64,000 nt of DNA, from contig NC_043017.1 in assembly GCF_006345805.1 (NCBI RefSeq), positions 32,736,001 through 32,800,000 of the forward strand, in the 5' to 3' direction. The DNA is from Octopus sinensis. Its lineage: Eukaryota. The notes beneath the pieces are model-generated. The model was not told the DNA's origin. It searched no databases and saw nothing but the letters and a program-made list of their open reading frames with translations. The translations under genes and the position numbers were made by a program. Below, piece after piece: positions 50,933 to 63,644 of this stretch. How positions within the stretch are numbered: the stretch's first letter is position 1; the number at the start of each line of letters is the position of its first letter.

Positions 50933-51499
50933 TTGGGTTGTCCGGAAAGTTCGTGCCGATTTTTAAAGGAAAGAAAAAGGTCAATAAATATTTGCTTTTA
51001 CATTTTTAATCAACCAAATGTGAAACATTTTGTTGCACAATGTGTCTCTATCTTTCCTTTAACTTGAAAATACCCCCTTCACAGAATTGCAGTGGTTTCA
51101 TGGCAAAGAATTCATCAAGGTATCTTTTTACGTTATCCAAGGAATTGGAAATTTTTACCATTAAGACTATTCTGCAGAGACCTGAATAAGTGGAAATCCA
51201 AAGGAGCAATGTCTGGTGAATATGGAGGCTGGGGTAACACATCCCAGCTGAGCTGCAGCAATTTTTGTCTGGTTCCCAAAGCATCAAGTGCCGAAAATGA
51301 ACTTTCTTATCTTCCATTTTAAAGAGTTACAAAATTAACACGGGTTATAGGAACATAAACCTTCTTCTATGAAAAGATAGCTTAAACTGTTCTTTAAATG
51401 GAGGTGTAGTCAAATCCTATTTTATGAACTCAACCATGTTCTAAAATAAGTCGAAACGTAAGCTACTATAAATCAGCATGAATTTTCCGGACAACCCAA
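50933..51499 (-). mobile_element. Internally deleted mariner (Tc1/mariner) element
   Basis: TIRs TTGGGTTGTCCGGAAAGTTC..GCCGATTT / AAATCAGCATGAATTTTCCGGACAACCCAA with TA flanks. The minus strand gives MEDKKVHFRHLMLWE joined to WDVLPQPPYSPDIAPLDFHLFRSLQN (YSPDLAP-D motif). Confidence 0.92.
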
Positions 51500-51710
51500 T
51501 ATATGCTGACTTCTTAGACTGGCAGAAAACTATCCAAATTTCATCCATATCCAAGGACAAAGACCAAATATTGTCCTTTGGTTGAAATTAAGTGCCAGAA
51601 TCATTTTGGTTGAGATAAATCCTTTATGAGAGCTGAGGAGAGGAACAACACCAATTCAGGATGTAAAAGTACAAGGACCTGGAAAAAGAACTAACAAAGT
51701 AAGGGTACCA

Positions 51711-52101
51711 GCGCAGGGGTGGCTGTGTGGTGGGTAGCTTGTTTGCCAACCACATGGCTCCGGGTTTGGTCCCACTACGTGGCACCTTCTACTATGGCCT
51801 TGGGCCAACCAAAGCCTTGTGAGTGGATTTGGTAGACGGAAACTGAAAGAAGCCCATCGTATATATGTATATATATATATATGTATGTGTGTGTGTTTGT
51901 GTGTCTGTGTTTGTCCCCCTAGCATTGCTTGACAGCTGATGCTGGTGTGTTTATGTCCCCGTCACTTAGCAGTTTGGCAAAAGAGACCGATAGAATAAGT
52001 ACTGGGCTTACAAAAGATTAAGTCCTGGGGTCGAGTTGCTCGATTAAAGGCGGTGCTCCAGCATGGCCGCAGTCAAATGACTGAAAACAAGTAAAAGAGA
52101 G
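51711..52101 (+). mobile_element. CORE-type SINE (family A)
   Basis: Head, body and tail match, with a small internal deletion. Confidence 0.88.
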
Positions 52102-52279
52102 TACCACTGCACAGTAAAGACAGTGGAATTTGGTGTACAGGGCTTTGTTGCAGGGTCCATGTGCTAACTGCTAGGTCAACTCAGAATCAAAACTCACAAA
52201 AGAATAACAACAAAGAAATGCCTATCAGAAACAGCTGAGAAGAGCTGAATGTGATAATGGGTGATCAGGAATGATGGAT

Positions 52280-52527
52280 GGATCTTTTCGGTTTCAACGG
52301 CAGTTTCCAACATAATTTCTAGGTAACTAAAAACTTTTAAACTTCATATACTGGTAGAATGTGTCAAAATAAAACATCTTTTGGATCTTTTCGGTTTGAA
52401 CGGCTCTCAAGAATGCCAAGAGAAAAAGATGTTTTATTTTGACACATTCTACCAGTATATGAAGTACAAAAGTTTTTAGTTACCTAGAAATTATGTTGAA
52501 AACTTCCGTTTGAAACCAAAAAGATCC
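52280..52527. mobile_element. Foldback MITE with ~103-bp TIRs
   Basis: GGATCTTTTCGGTTT...AAAACATCTTTT / AAAAGATGTTTT...AAACCAAAAAGATCC; no clear TSD. Confidence 0.85.
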
Positions 52528-53493
52528 GAAAAGGAATACAGCTGGATACTAAACATTAAAGGAAGGAAATCCAGTTTGAAACAGGCGAGTTCGTGTGGTG
52601 ATCTTTGAGGCTGAGTGATAAGATCACCAAAAGGTTCCAAGTTCAATCCCCATTAAGAGTAGCATTTAAATAACAGCAGGTGGACGCATAAGAGTCACTA
52701 TCTACATTGGCCTGGCTCTTTTAGAATGTCAGGAACAAAAAGACCAAAACACTTGTTTCACACGAGTTCTTCTTGCTAACGTCCATTTACTTTGTAGTGA
52801 GTTTCTGCTCATCTTGTTATAAGGATAAGCATTTTACTTTTGAGCTGCTCCAACTACATAATTCGAATTTTAATCAGCCAAAGTGACATCATTGCAAATC
52901 AGTGTATCATTTATATAGGCTCTATGTACTTCAGAGTTGCCAATTGAATCTTCTTTGGGGAGTAACAAGAACACATAGCATTGACAAGCAGCAACAATGA
53001 TGAAATGCACATCTGATTCCTTCTTGGCCACTTGTGGCTGATTTCATTTTACTTTGTTCTGAAGTACATTGTGTTTTTTTTAACTAAATATATCAATAAA
53101 AGGACTTTTTGTTGGATGCAAAACTACAACTTCGGTATTTTCAATGATACACATACTTTAAGTATGTCACATGGTTAAAGATTCTAGTTTAGAGCTGCTT
53201 CTGTTGCATAATTTATATATAAGCTTTGGACACATAGAAGGTGCAGCAAAATCAGAGGACGGTTAAGAGGGAAACTAACTTTTGTGTGTGGAAGGTGCAC
53301 AGTTACAATAAATGCTGAAAATGCACAGAAAATAGACTCCAACTGCTAGGGGAAAACCTGGAGGTAGTAGATAGCTCAGTGATAATTTTGCACCTTTAAA
53401 TAAAAAATAAATTACTCTACCTTTGGTATTTGAGTACTATTTTCACTACCTAGTTTTGCATTCATCTGCTCACCTGTGTGTGTTTGTATGTGT

Positions 53494-53555
<62 letters not shown>

Positions 53556-53835
53556 TATATTATTTTATGTGTGACAGTTTACAAGCCCAGAATATGTCAA
53601 TATGAATTAGTTTACCAACCATTTATACAAGGTGTTACATGCTATGTGCCTCACAATAATTTCACAAACATAGGTAACTTGTTAAGGAATGCAGTAAGTG
53701 TTAGAGAGCTTTCAAACAAAGCTAAACAGAATACTGTAAAAGACTGACATATGTTGATAAATACAACAGCATTGAAGTAAGTAACAGACAGCATTTTAAC
53801 TGGTTTAATGTGTGCTCTCTTGCATGTATTGCAAA

Positions 53836-54226
53836 CTAGCAGTATCGCCCGGTGTTGCTCATGTTTGTTTTGACCCTTTAGAATTGGGATTTTTGAAAAG
53901 TAAAAATTTTGCATTATGTAGCTTGTTATTCTCTTTAACTGAAAATTTTTCTGGTTGAAATACACCGAAAAATGGCGACACAGCAGTCAAAAAATTGTAA
54001 AAAATAGGGATTTTCATAGAAAAAAGCACCTTTTTGATGTAAATAATTTTTGGTGTTAACATGGTCCGGTTTGAATTTTTTCTTTTACGGAAGGAAGAGC
54101 AAGCCTTCTTCTATCATACTCTCAATTTTGGTCAACTTACACCGCAGGGTCTCGGAGGAGATAGTGTTAGTTGAAGGCTACCAAACCTGCCACACACAGA
54201 CAACTTCAGCTTTATATATATAGAGA
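53836..54226 (-). mobile_element. Non-autonomous Helitron
   Basis: The minus strand starts A|TCTCTATATATATAAAGCTG and ends ...GAGCAACACCGGGCGATACTGCTAG|T (5'-TC, 3'-CTAG, subterminal hairpin remnant, AT target). A related 3' end lies at ~10686-10715. Confidence 0.75.
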
Positions 54227-56423
54227 TATATATATGTGCATTTGTATGGTTCTGGGTATTACACACACACATGCAATATATGATCTCAGCCAAAAGGTGT
54301 ATATATGATTTCTTAAGATTGTGAAAGCAATGTGAGACAGAAAGGGAGAGAGACTCCATCAAGTACAAGTTGTACGTAGGTATGTTTGTAAGAACATGAA
54401 AGAAGAGTGGAGATATAGAAGGGAGATTTAAGCAGGAAGTGATGAAGATGGTTGGAGGGAGGAAAGGGTGTTAGGAAGGTGAATTGAATTGTGTAAGAAA
54501 GGGGTATAAACATAAATGACTTTGCCATTGGGGCCTCAGTTTTACTTAAATGGACAGACCTTCTCAAACACAGCAATCACCATCATCCTGATCCTTGGTC
54601 ATCTCTTCTATGAGTCTCAACATCTGACAGTCATTTTACACCATTTTATCCTGTGTCTCCCTGTGTCTTTCTCTTCAACAGGCTTCATCTACATTTAGGG
54701 TTTGGTGCTTCTTTATGCCTCTGTCCTCACCCATACGCATTACACAACCATACCATAGGTCGTGTAATTATATATATATATATAGCTTACTTGGAAATGG
54801 ATGTGTCGCATTCAAATATATAATAATGTAAATAATATATAAATATATATGCATGTCTTGATCCTACATGAATTTGGTCAACAAAGATTAATAAAGTTAT
54901 ATTAAATACGAAAGATAATAGATTCTTGATAATTTGAAATTATCTTCACTTTGAGAGAAAGAAGACTAATTTCTTATGGCAATAATTATTCAATAATTAT
55001 TATTATAATTATATATAAGTGCTACAGTTAATTGGATGGTGAACCCTGTGATAGAGTTCCATCTTGTTCAGAAAGGAGTCTCCTATTTTCAGTCTCTTAA
55101 ATACTGCAGAAACAGCAACAATTTCCACCTTAATGGATCCATAGGCTACTAACAGACTTTAACTCAGTGTACACAGAAATAGTAGGTTTTGGTCTAATTG
55201 GTTCCGCTTTTAATCTGAACTCAGATGAGACCACATAGTTACATATCCACTTCATTTGTTCGTGGAGAAAAATATCGCTTGTAAAGTGTGCATAATAATT
55301 TTGTAATCAAACTTTTCTATACCGGTTATTCCGAGTACTTTAGTTGGCAACAAAATCAATTAAATTAAACGATGCAGGAAATAGCATATATTGGATAATC
55401 TGTTATGTAATGTTGGTTATACTAAATGTTAAACAATATAAATTTAGCAATCTCTGTGATATGTAATCATATTCATAGAGACAAGTGCAAATTAACGTCT
55501 TTTGCATCTCCAGATGAACAGAAGGCAGAATGACCTCACAGTTTTGTCTTCTAATAGGAATTTCATCAGAGCACATATAATGACATCATGTAGCTAAGGA
55601 TAGAAATAGCTTATAGAAATGTCTAGCCACAACGTATTAGGACTTCACATTGTTGGTGAGTCATGTGTTTGGTAACAGTGCATTTGCTGGTACTATGAAG
55701 GGATTTTAAAATGTTACAATCCATACTTCACTTGATGGACAGGTAGCAGAGAGGTACAGGCGGAGCTGTGTGGTTTAAGAGTTTGTTTCCCAGCTTTGTG
55801 GGTTTGGATTCTATCCTGCTGCATGGCTTCTTAGGCAAGTGTCTTTTCCTATAGTTGTTTCAGGCTGACAAATCCTTGTGAATGGATTTGGTAGAGGGAA
55901 ACTGAAGGAAGCTAACCTCATACATCATCATAATCATCATCATTTAACGTCCGTTCTCCATGCTAGCATGGGTTGGACAGCTCATAGGGCCAGTTTCCCG
56001 GTTTCCTTGGCGTATAGGTTCCCCACCTGGATGGGACGCCAGTCCATTGCAGGTGAGCTGCAAGATGCAGGAGGAAAGTCAGCAGAAGTTCGCCATTACC
56101 TTCTGCTGGAGCTGCGTAGAGCTTTCGCTCATAAACACGCACATCACCCGGTCTGAGATTTGAACCTGCGATCCCTCGACCATGAATCTGCTGCTCTAAC
56201 CACTAGGCCATGTGCCTCTACCATATGTATATATATATACACACACACACACACAAAGTATATCATTTTATAAATATAATTATGGAATTATAATAAGGCC
56301 AATTATGAGATAATGCCACATGCTGAAAGATGCTAAATGGCTCTAAACTACTTCATCTATCACATGGATATATTGTGTTCATGTGGTATGTATAAATGTT
56401 TATAACTATCTACTTTTGGCTAT

Positions 56424-56484
56424 GTCATACTGATGACAGTAGAGTGTGTCCCATCACTAAACCTGAAAGTGATCGATATATGGC
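56424..56484 (+). ncRNA. Type I hammerhead motif with decayed stem III
   Basis: GTCATA CTGATGA(56430-56436) CAG..AGTG..CACT..CT GAAA(56465-56468) GTGATCGA TA TATGGC. Stem I is 6 bp, and the stem III region retains a GATC palindromic core. Confidence 0.55.
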
Positions 56485-56704
56485 TAAAATTTTTCAAAAA
56501 AATTATATACTTGAGAGAGTGGGCAAATGAAACAGAGTAGTACTCAATAACATTTTGACTCAGCTCTATATAACTTGAAGTTTTGTGGGCATGTAAGATG
56601 GGCCTGTCTCATATGCAATCTGGAGAAGAGTAAAGGATTTGAGATCAATTCAAAATAGTTTCTAGATATCAGGCTTCTATTGATTGGCTCAGGTCGTGTG
56701 GTAA

Positions 56705-57115
56705 GGCGGCGAGCTGGCAGAATCGTTAGCACGCCGGGCGAAATGCGTAGCCGTATTTTGCCTGCCGCTACGTTCTGAGTTCAAATTCCGCCGAGGTTGA
56801 CTTTGCCTTTCCTCCTTTCGGGGTCGATAAATTAAGCACCAGTTACGCACTGGGGTCGATGTAATCGACTTAATCCGTTCATCTGTCCTTGTTTGTCCCC
56901 TCTGTGTTTGGCCCCTTGTGGGTAGTAAAGAAATAGGTATTTCGTCTGTCATTACGTTGTGAGTTCAAATTCCGCCGAGGTCGACTTTGCCTTTCATCCT
57001 TTCGGGGTCGATAAATTAAGTACCAGTTACGCACTGGGGTCGATGTAATCGACTTAATCCGTTCATCTGTCCTTGTTTGTCCCCTCTATGTTTGGCCCCT
57101 TGTGGGCAATAAAGA
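56705..57115 (+). mobile_element. Meta-type SINE dimer (family B)
   Basis: One head plus two core+tail units. Confidence 0.92.
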
Positions 57116-57954
57116 AAAGGGTATTTATGCATTGGATGTGACACCAGCTTTTTTCTTTATTCTGAGGCCCACATACATGGACAGAATGTTGGCAGGAAGC
57201 AGTCGTCCTCTTGGTGTCAAGCCACAGTATAATGTATTTAGCAGCATCACTTTGTTGCACCGGATACCACCTGGGGTAGGATGGGGTGTTTGCACAGGTG
57301 AGTAGCTTAGTCATCATTCAGTGAAGTATTAACACACACACACACATACATGTACACTTACACACACACACACACACACACATGTACACTTACACACACA
57401 CATTAACACTAACTATTATTACATTTGGCATAATGAGTCAAGAACTTATTTTCATTGAGATTTTAATTAAAATGACTAATTAATCATCATGGCTTTATAT
57501 CCGTTGAACTTTGATAAATTAAACTGTAAATTGTATGACAGACTTTACATTTCTAAACATGCTTCTCAAATTTTCTGAAACATTTAAAAAAAAAAGTCTC
57601 AACATTTCTTTAGATTTCACAGTCTTTAATTAAAAGAGAAGAATGGTTTCTTCATTATATTATTAAGAGACTAACGTTATTGATAATATACATGGGTCCA
57701 GAACTTTAGATTAAAATAAGCTCCAGTAAATGGTATTCATATGTTATGTAAATTGACTTCATTTTTTTTTTTTGTTTAGTTTAGTTTGATTGGTGTGTGT
57801 TTGTATTTAATCTGTTTAAAGGAATCACTGTATGGTTAGGAAGTTTGCTTACAAACCACCTGGTCTTGGGTTCCATCTCATGGTTTGGCACCATCATCAT
57901 CATCATCATCATCATTGTTTAACCTTTTAGCATTTACTCCTTTTAGCATTTAAT

Positions 57955-58365
57955 AGGCGCAGGAGTGGCTGTGTGGTAAGTAGCTTGCTAACCAACCACA
58001 TGGTTCCGGGTTCAGTTCCACCATGTGGCATCTTGGGCAAGTGTCTTCTGCTATAGCCCCGGGCCGACCAATGCCTTGTGAGTGGATTTGGTAGATGGAA
58101 ACTGAAAGAAGCCTGTCGTATATATGTATATATATGTAAGTGTGTGTGTATATGTTTGTGTGTCTGTGTTTGTCCCCCTAGCATTGCTTGACAACTGATG
58201 CTGGTGTGTTTACGTCCCCGTCACTTAGCGGTTCAGCAAAAGAGACCGATAGAATAAGTACTGGGCTTACAAAGAATAAGTCCCAGGGTCGATTTGCTCG
58301 ACTAAAGGCGGTGCTCCAGCATGGCCGCAGTCAAATGACTGAAACAAGTAAAAGAGTAAAGAGAG
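57955..58365 (+). mobile_element. CORE-type SINE (family A), full length
   Basis: AGGCGCAGGAGTGGCTGTGTGG...GACTGAAACAAGTAAAAGAG. Confidence 0.93.
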
Positions 58366-59538
58366 AATATCCGGCCCAAATAGTATCCCTGTTTTGAAAT
58401 CTTGAAGCTAAAAAATAATGCATGATTAATTCAAAGCAAGGTGAATAAATAGTTAATACATTTGACAAAGAAATCTGAATATTAAGGGGTTAATGTCTCA
58501 TTTTCATGCTGGCAGGGGTTGGGTGGTTTGACAGGAACTGGATGGCCCTTAATTGTCTGTTTTTTTAGGGTTTCTATGGCTGGAAGCCCTGCCTAACACC
58601 AATCACTTTGCAGTGTGTGTTGGGTAATCTTTACATGACTCAGGCACAGTGGCTTTTATGCGGAACAAGCATGAGTGTCTTTTAGGTGGCACCAGCATAA
58701 AGGATAAAGGATTTTTAACGTGGTGCTGGCATCTCAGGCAAACAACTTCTACAATAGCCAGGTGCTACCAAAGCCTTGTGAAGGGATTTGCTTGAGGGAA
58801 ACTGAAGAAAGACTCATTTGTGTGTTTGTGTGTTTGTGTTTGTGTGTGTGTTGTGTGTGTGGATTTTCTTGTCTTGACATTGTGTGGTATTGTAAACAAG
58901 AATCACCATCATCTAAGCGGTGTTGTTTATTTCCTGTCTTCTATGAACACATATCTCGCTTTACAGAACTAATAACTCATTTGAAAAGACACGGGGGCAT
59001 GGGGGACTGGTTACAGGAAAGGGCGTCCAACCATAGATATCTGCCACTATGACTTCTTTCTGAATCATGCAAGTATGGAACACTGAATAGTATAACAATG
59101 ATGACGATGACAGAGGTGGCGATGATATTGATGATGATGATGATGATGATGATGATGACGATGATGATAAATGTAATTTTTATACTTGGAAAATGCATAG
59201 GAAGCCATTTTCTCTCTATTTTACATTTTTGATATAAAAGACTGCAACAGCGAAGCATGTTGATAAATAATAAAATAGTATAAAATAAAAGTATGAAAAT
59301 AATAATTTATTGCTGAATAAGAATATTACTTTTAATAATTTTTGTGGTGAAAAGATTTCCACAGAAAGAGAACATTGTTTTTAAACACAACATGTCACCA
59401 TTTTTAAGTCATTATTTTTCATTTATAATATTGATACTACAGGGCTCTCTCAATAAAGTATAAACACCAGTGAAAAGAATTGTACTGATTGGGTACTAAA
59501 ATGATGCCGGGAAGAGTGTTTTTCCAAATCTCATTACT

Positions 59539-60775
59539 TTAACCCTTTCATTACCAACCCGGCTGAAACCGGCTCTGGCTCATAGTACAAATGTCTTGTT
59601 TTCAAAAGTTTTGAATTAAAATCTTCCACGAAACCTTAGTCACAGTTTATGTTCCTAACACTAGCTTAATGATAACTAAGCTATTTCACTAAATTCATTG
59701 TTACATTTAAAATTAATTAAAAGAAACACTGAGCATCTCAACAGAAATATGGTAACAAAAGGATTAAAATATATAATAGAGAAATCATTCTTAATGCTTT
59801 TAATACCAACCTGCTTGAAACCAACTCTGGCTCTGTAGTACAAATGTCTTGTTTTCATAAGTTTTGAATTAAAATCTTCTACCAAACCTTAGTCGCAATT
59901 TATGTTCCTAACACTAGCTGAATGATAACTAAGTTATTTTACTAAATCCTTTGTTATATTTAAAATTAATTGAAAAAACACACAGAGCATCTCAACAGAA
60001 ATAGGGTAACAAAAGGGTTAAGAAGAAAAATAATCAGCAGAAGACATGAGAGAAGGAGACCTCAATGTGGTCACTCTATATGCTAGAAATAATAACCTAA
60101 ATTTCCTTCAACCCACACCCTTACAACTACTTCTAATGTACATCTGCCCAAATGTAAAGGCGTGTTTAACCCTTTCGATACCAACCTGGCTAAAACCACC
60201 TCTGGCTATATAGTACAAATGTTTTGTTTTCAAAAGTTTTGTATTAAAATCTTCCAACAAACCTTTATGTTCCTAAAACTAGCTTAATGATAACTAAGTT
60301 ATTTTACTAAATTCTTTGTTATATTTAAAATAATTGAAAGAAACAGAGAGCATCTCAACAGAATTATAGTAATGAAAGGGTTAAGTCATGGCTAAAATTG
60401 AAACAGACCTAATTAGGTCAGAAGAAGTTACCAAATTCTTAGAACTCCATATACAGAATTATGTAAAACCTTTAGTATTAATATAACTCAACTAACAAAT
60501 AAGATTAGTTGAACCCAGTTGATTATCTTAAGATATATCTCATCCCCTTAACCCTTTTATTACCAACCCGGCTGAAACCAGCTCTGGCTCTGAGTACAAA
60601 TGTCTTGTTTTCAAAAGTTTTGAATTAAAATCTTCCACCAAACCTTAGTCACAATTTATGTTCCTAACACTAGCTTAATGATAACCAAGTTATTTTACTA
60701 AATTCTTTGTTATATTTAAAGTAATTGAAAGAAACACAGAGCATCTCAAAATAAATACAGTAACAAAAAGGTTAA
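59539..60775 (+). mobile_element. Four co-oriented piggyBac-type MITEs (59539-59767, 59791-60021, 60166-60384, 60548-60775)
   Basis: Each ~225-bp copy is bounded by TTAA-CCCTTT...AAAGGG-TTAA (some degenerate) and shares the internal sequence. Confidence 0.9.
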
Positions 60776-60999
60776 CTAGACAATCATCGAATGTTTCTTT
60801 TACTTGTTTCAGTCATTGGACTGTGGCCATGCTGAGGCACCAGCTTGAGGAATTTTTATTCAGATGAATCAACTCCAAGACTTGTTTTATTTTTAAAGCC
60901 TGGTTCTTATTCTATCAGTTTCTTTTGCCTAAGTTGTGTTGACATAAACATAGCACTGGTTGTCAAGTGGTGGTCATGGTGGGGGGGGGGACAAACACA

Positions 61000-61320
61000 C
61001 ACAGACATATGTATGTCTGGACTTGGGAGCATGTTGGTTCTTCCTAGGTTTATTGACCTTGATGTTCTTCAGGCACCTTTGTTTAGCTACAGATGGTGGG
61101 TAGCCATTCAGGGTTAGGCCTCTGAGGAACTGATTGGTGTTGATGGCTTTGTCGATCACATTGCAGCAATTGTTGATTATACGTGCAATCTCGTTTCTCA
61201 CGTATGTGGCTTTGGCTCTGGTGGCCAAGGCTGATTGGTAGAGGACGCAAAGTTTTCTATTAGTGGCTTTTCAATAGAATTTGGTAAATATAGAGCCTTC
61301 CTCTGTGATAACAATATATT
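61000..61320 (-). pseudogene. Penelope-like element RT C-terminal (thumb) relic
   Basis: The minus strand gives TKFY*KATNRKLCVLYQSALATRAKATYVRNEIARIINNCC...FLRGLTLNGYPPSV, matching the PLE YRKPT...S.HP...K...E..R...C...L..NGYP pattern, with an in-frame stop. Confidence 0.75.
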
Positions 61321-61532
61321 CTACAGAGTAATTCCATATATATATATATAATTCAAAATGTGACCACGTGTGTACTGTTGGCGATTTTTTTCCCTCTGTT
61401 TTCCCTTCTCTGGATCTTCCTTCTCCTATGTTTCCGACGAAGAGCTCTACTCAAAATATTAAACCCTCCTTCTTTCCTTCTTTCCTGAGCGTCCTCGCGT
61501 TGTGTTTTTTTGTGCTTTCATGTTGGATTAAC

Positions 61533-61580
<48 letters not shown>

Positions 61581-61639
61581 TTATGTATATATATATATAT
61601 GTATATATGCAGTCCTGCAAATTATATTCATCTTGACGG

Positions 61640-61712
61640 TCACACTGAAGATCTACAAACATCTTATGTAAGTAAAATTACGTAATATGTTAATAGTGAA
61701 ACATGTATACGA
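61640..61712 (+). ncRNA. Type I hammerhead motif with long stem II and decayed stem I
   Basis: TCACA CTGAAGA(61645-61651) T CTA..AACAT.TTATGTAA..TTACGTAA.ATGTT..TAG T GAAA(61698-61701) CATG TA TACGA. Stem III is palindromic and the triplet is GUA. Confidence 0.55.
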
Positions 61713-61909
61713 ATAATCCATATTTTTATTGCTTTTTCTTTTGTCTTGCTCGATTACGTTTTGGTTGTTTTGCTAAATTTTTCTTGAGAACATTTCTTAG
61801 TGGTAAGACCATAGCGGATCTATTTCTAGCATAAGGATGTCCGTATAGTGGTTTCCATCTAATATGTATATATATATCTATCTATATATATATATAATAT
61901 ATATATATC

Positions 61910-61952
<43 letters not shown>

Positions 61953-62168
61953 CTATATGTTTGTGTGTGTGTTTGTCCCCCAACATCGCTTGACAACCAA
62001 TGCTGGTGTATTTACGTCCCCGTAACTTAGCGATTCAGCATAAGAGACCGATATAATAAGTACTAGGCTTACAAAGAATAAGTTCTGGGATCGATTTGCT
62101 CGATTAAAGGCGGTGCTCCAGCATGGCCACTGTCAGATAACTGAAACAATTAAAAGAGTGTAAAAGAG

Positions 62169-62201
<33 letters not shown>

Positions 62202-62809
62202 GTGGCACGTAAAAAGCACCCACTACACTCTCGAAGTGGTTGGCATTAGGAAGGGTATCCAGCTGTAGAAGCTCTGCCAAATCAAGATTGGAGACTGGTG
62301 CAACCATCTGGTATGCCATCCCTCAGTCACAATCGTCCAACCCATGCTAGCATGGAAAGCGGACGTTAAACGATGATGATGATGATGATGATGATGATAT
62401 ATTCATATAAAGCATCCTTTTGACTTCCACTTTTCTATTCTTGCATGAGTCAGACAGAATACATTGAGACAAATTTAATCTCGCCAGATTGCCTTCCTGT
62501 TAACAAACCGCGCTTGTTTCCAAGCAAGATATTTCTGCATGACTGGACAAATTTTCATGGAAAATCTGAAGCAAATAACACCACTTATATGATTCTGACA
62601 CTCACGACTATCATGCAATATCAAACATGGCGGTACAGACACACATACATGCACACATTCATGCATTCACACACACACACACACACACACGCTTACACGC
62701 AAATTATTACTAATCCATACAAGTAGTCGTATAAAACAAATAAATAAACAAACAAATAAATACAGACAATATATATGAAGACTTATAGAAATTCTAAATA
62801 AAGCCACAT

Positions 62810-63215
62810 GTGTAGCTGTGTAGGAAAAAGCTTGCTTACCAACCACATGGTTCCAGGTTCAGTCCCACTGCATGGCACCTTGGGCAAGTGTCTTCTACTA
62901 TAACCTTAGGCTGACCAGAGCCTTGTGTGTGAATCTGGCAAATGGTAACTGAAAGAAGCCCATTGTATATATGAATATATACATGTGTATGCATTTGTGT
63001 GTGTGTCTGCCTCCATCACCTCTTGAGAACCAGTGTTGGTGTGTTTATATCCCCAAAACTTAGTGGTTCAGCAAAAAACAAAAAAAGCAATAGAATAGGT
63101 ACCAGGTTTTAAAAAAATATGAGTACTAGGGTTAACTCTTTTGACAAAACTCTTCAAGGTAGTGCTCCAATATGGCTGCAGTCTCATGACTGAAACAAGT
63201 AAAAGATAAAAGATA
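62810..63215 (+). mobile_element. Older CORE-type SINE (family A variant)
   Basis: CACCTTGGGCAAGTGTCTTCTACTATA core and GACTGAAACAAGTAAAAGATAAAAGAT tail. Confidence 0.8.
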
Positions 63216-63339
63216 AATGCACTTAACCGGTTTCCTCTTTGTATGATTTTCAAAAAGGTACTTTATGAAGAATATGGAGTCGTGTTGCAAACTGTCATTT
63301 TTTTTCTTCTTCATTGTTTATGATTCCTTGCCACAACTC

Positions 63340-63620
63340 ACTAGCTTGTCAATCTTGACTCAAAGAACTTATCAAGCTAGGTTTCCAGCTTCAAATTGTT
63401 ATTGAATGAAACACTACACAAACTGCTGGTGAGCAACTTCAAAAGGTAAAACTCTGAAGGAACCATTCCAGAATACGGTGAGCAAGGTAGAACTTCCCAA
63501 ATCAGCACTTGAATACCATTTTGTAGTGAAATTAGCGAAAAAGTGATGAGTGTTGTCAAGTTGGAGAAGCATACTGCATCACAGGTTGGGTTGTTTCAGC
63601 TGGTTTGCCAAGATTAGCTG
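63340..63620 (-). pseudogene. Decayed mariner transposase fragment
   Basis: IWEVLPCSPYSGMVPSEFYLLKLL resembles WEVLPHPPYSPDLAPSDFHLFRSL. Confidence 0.65.
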
Positions 63621-63644
63621 GTGCACTGGCTGTATATAAATGAC

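Noticed and set aside
57955-58030. tRNA genes at SINE heads
   Set aside because: A/B boxes are present but the sequence continues into SINE bodies without a proper cloverleaf.
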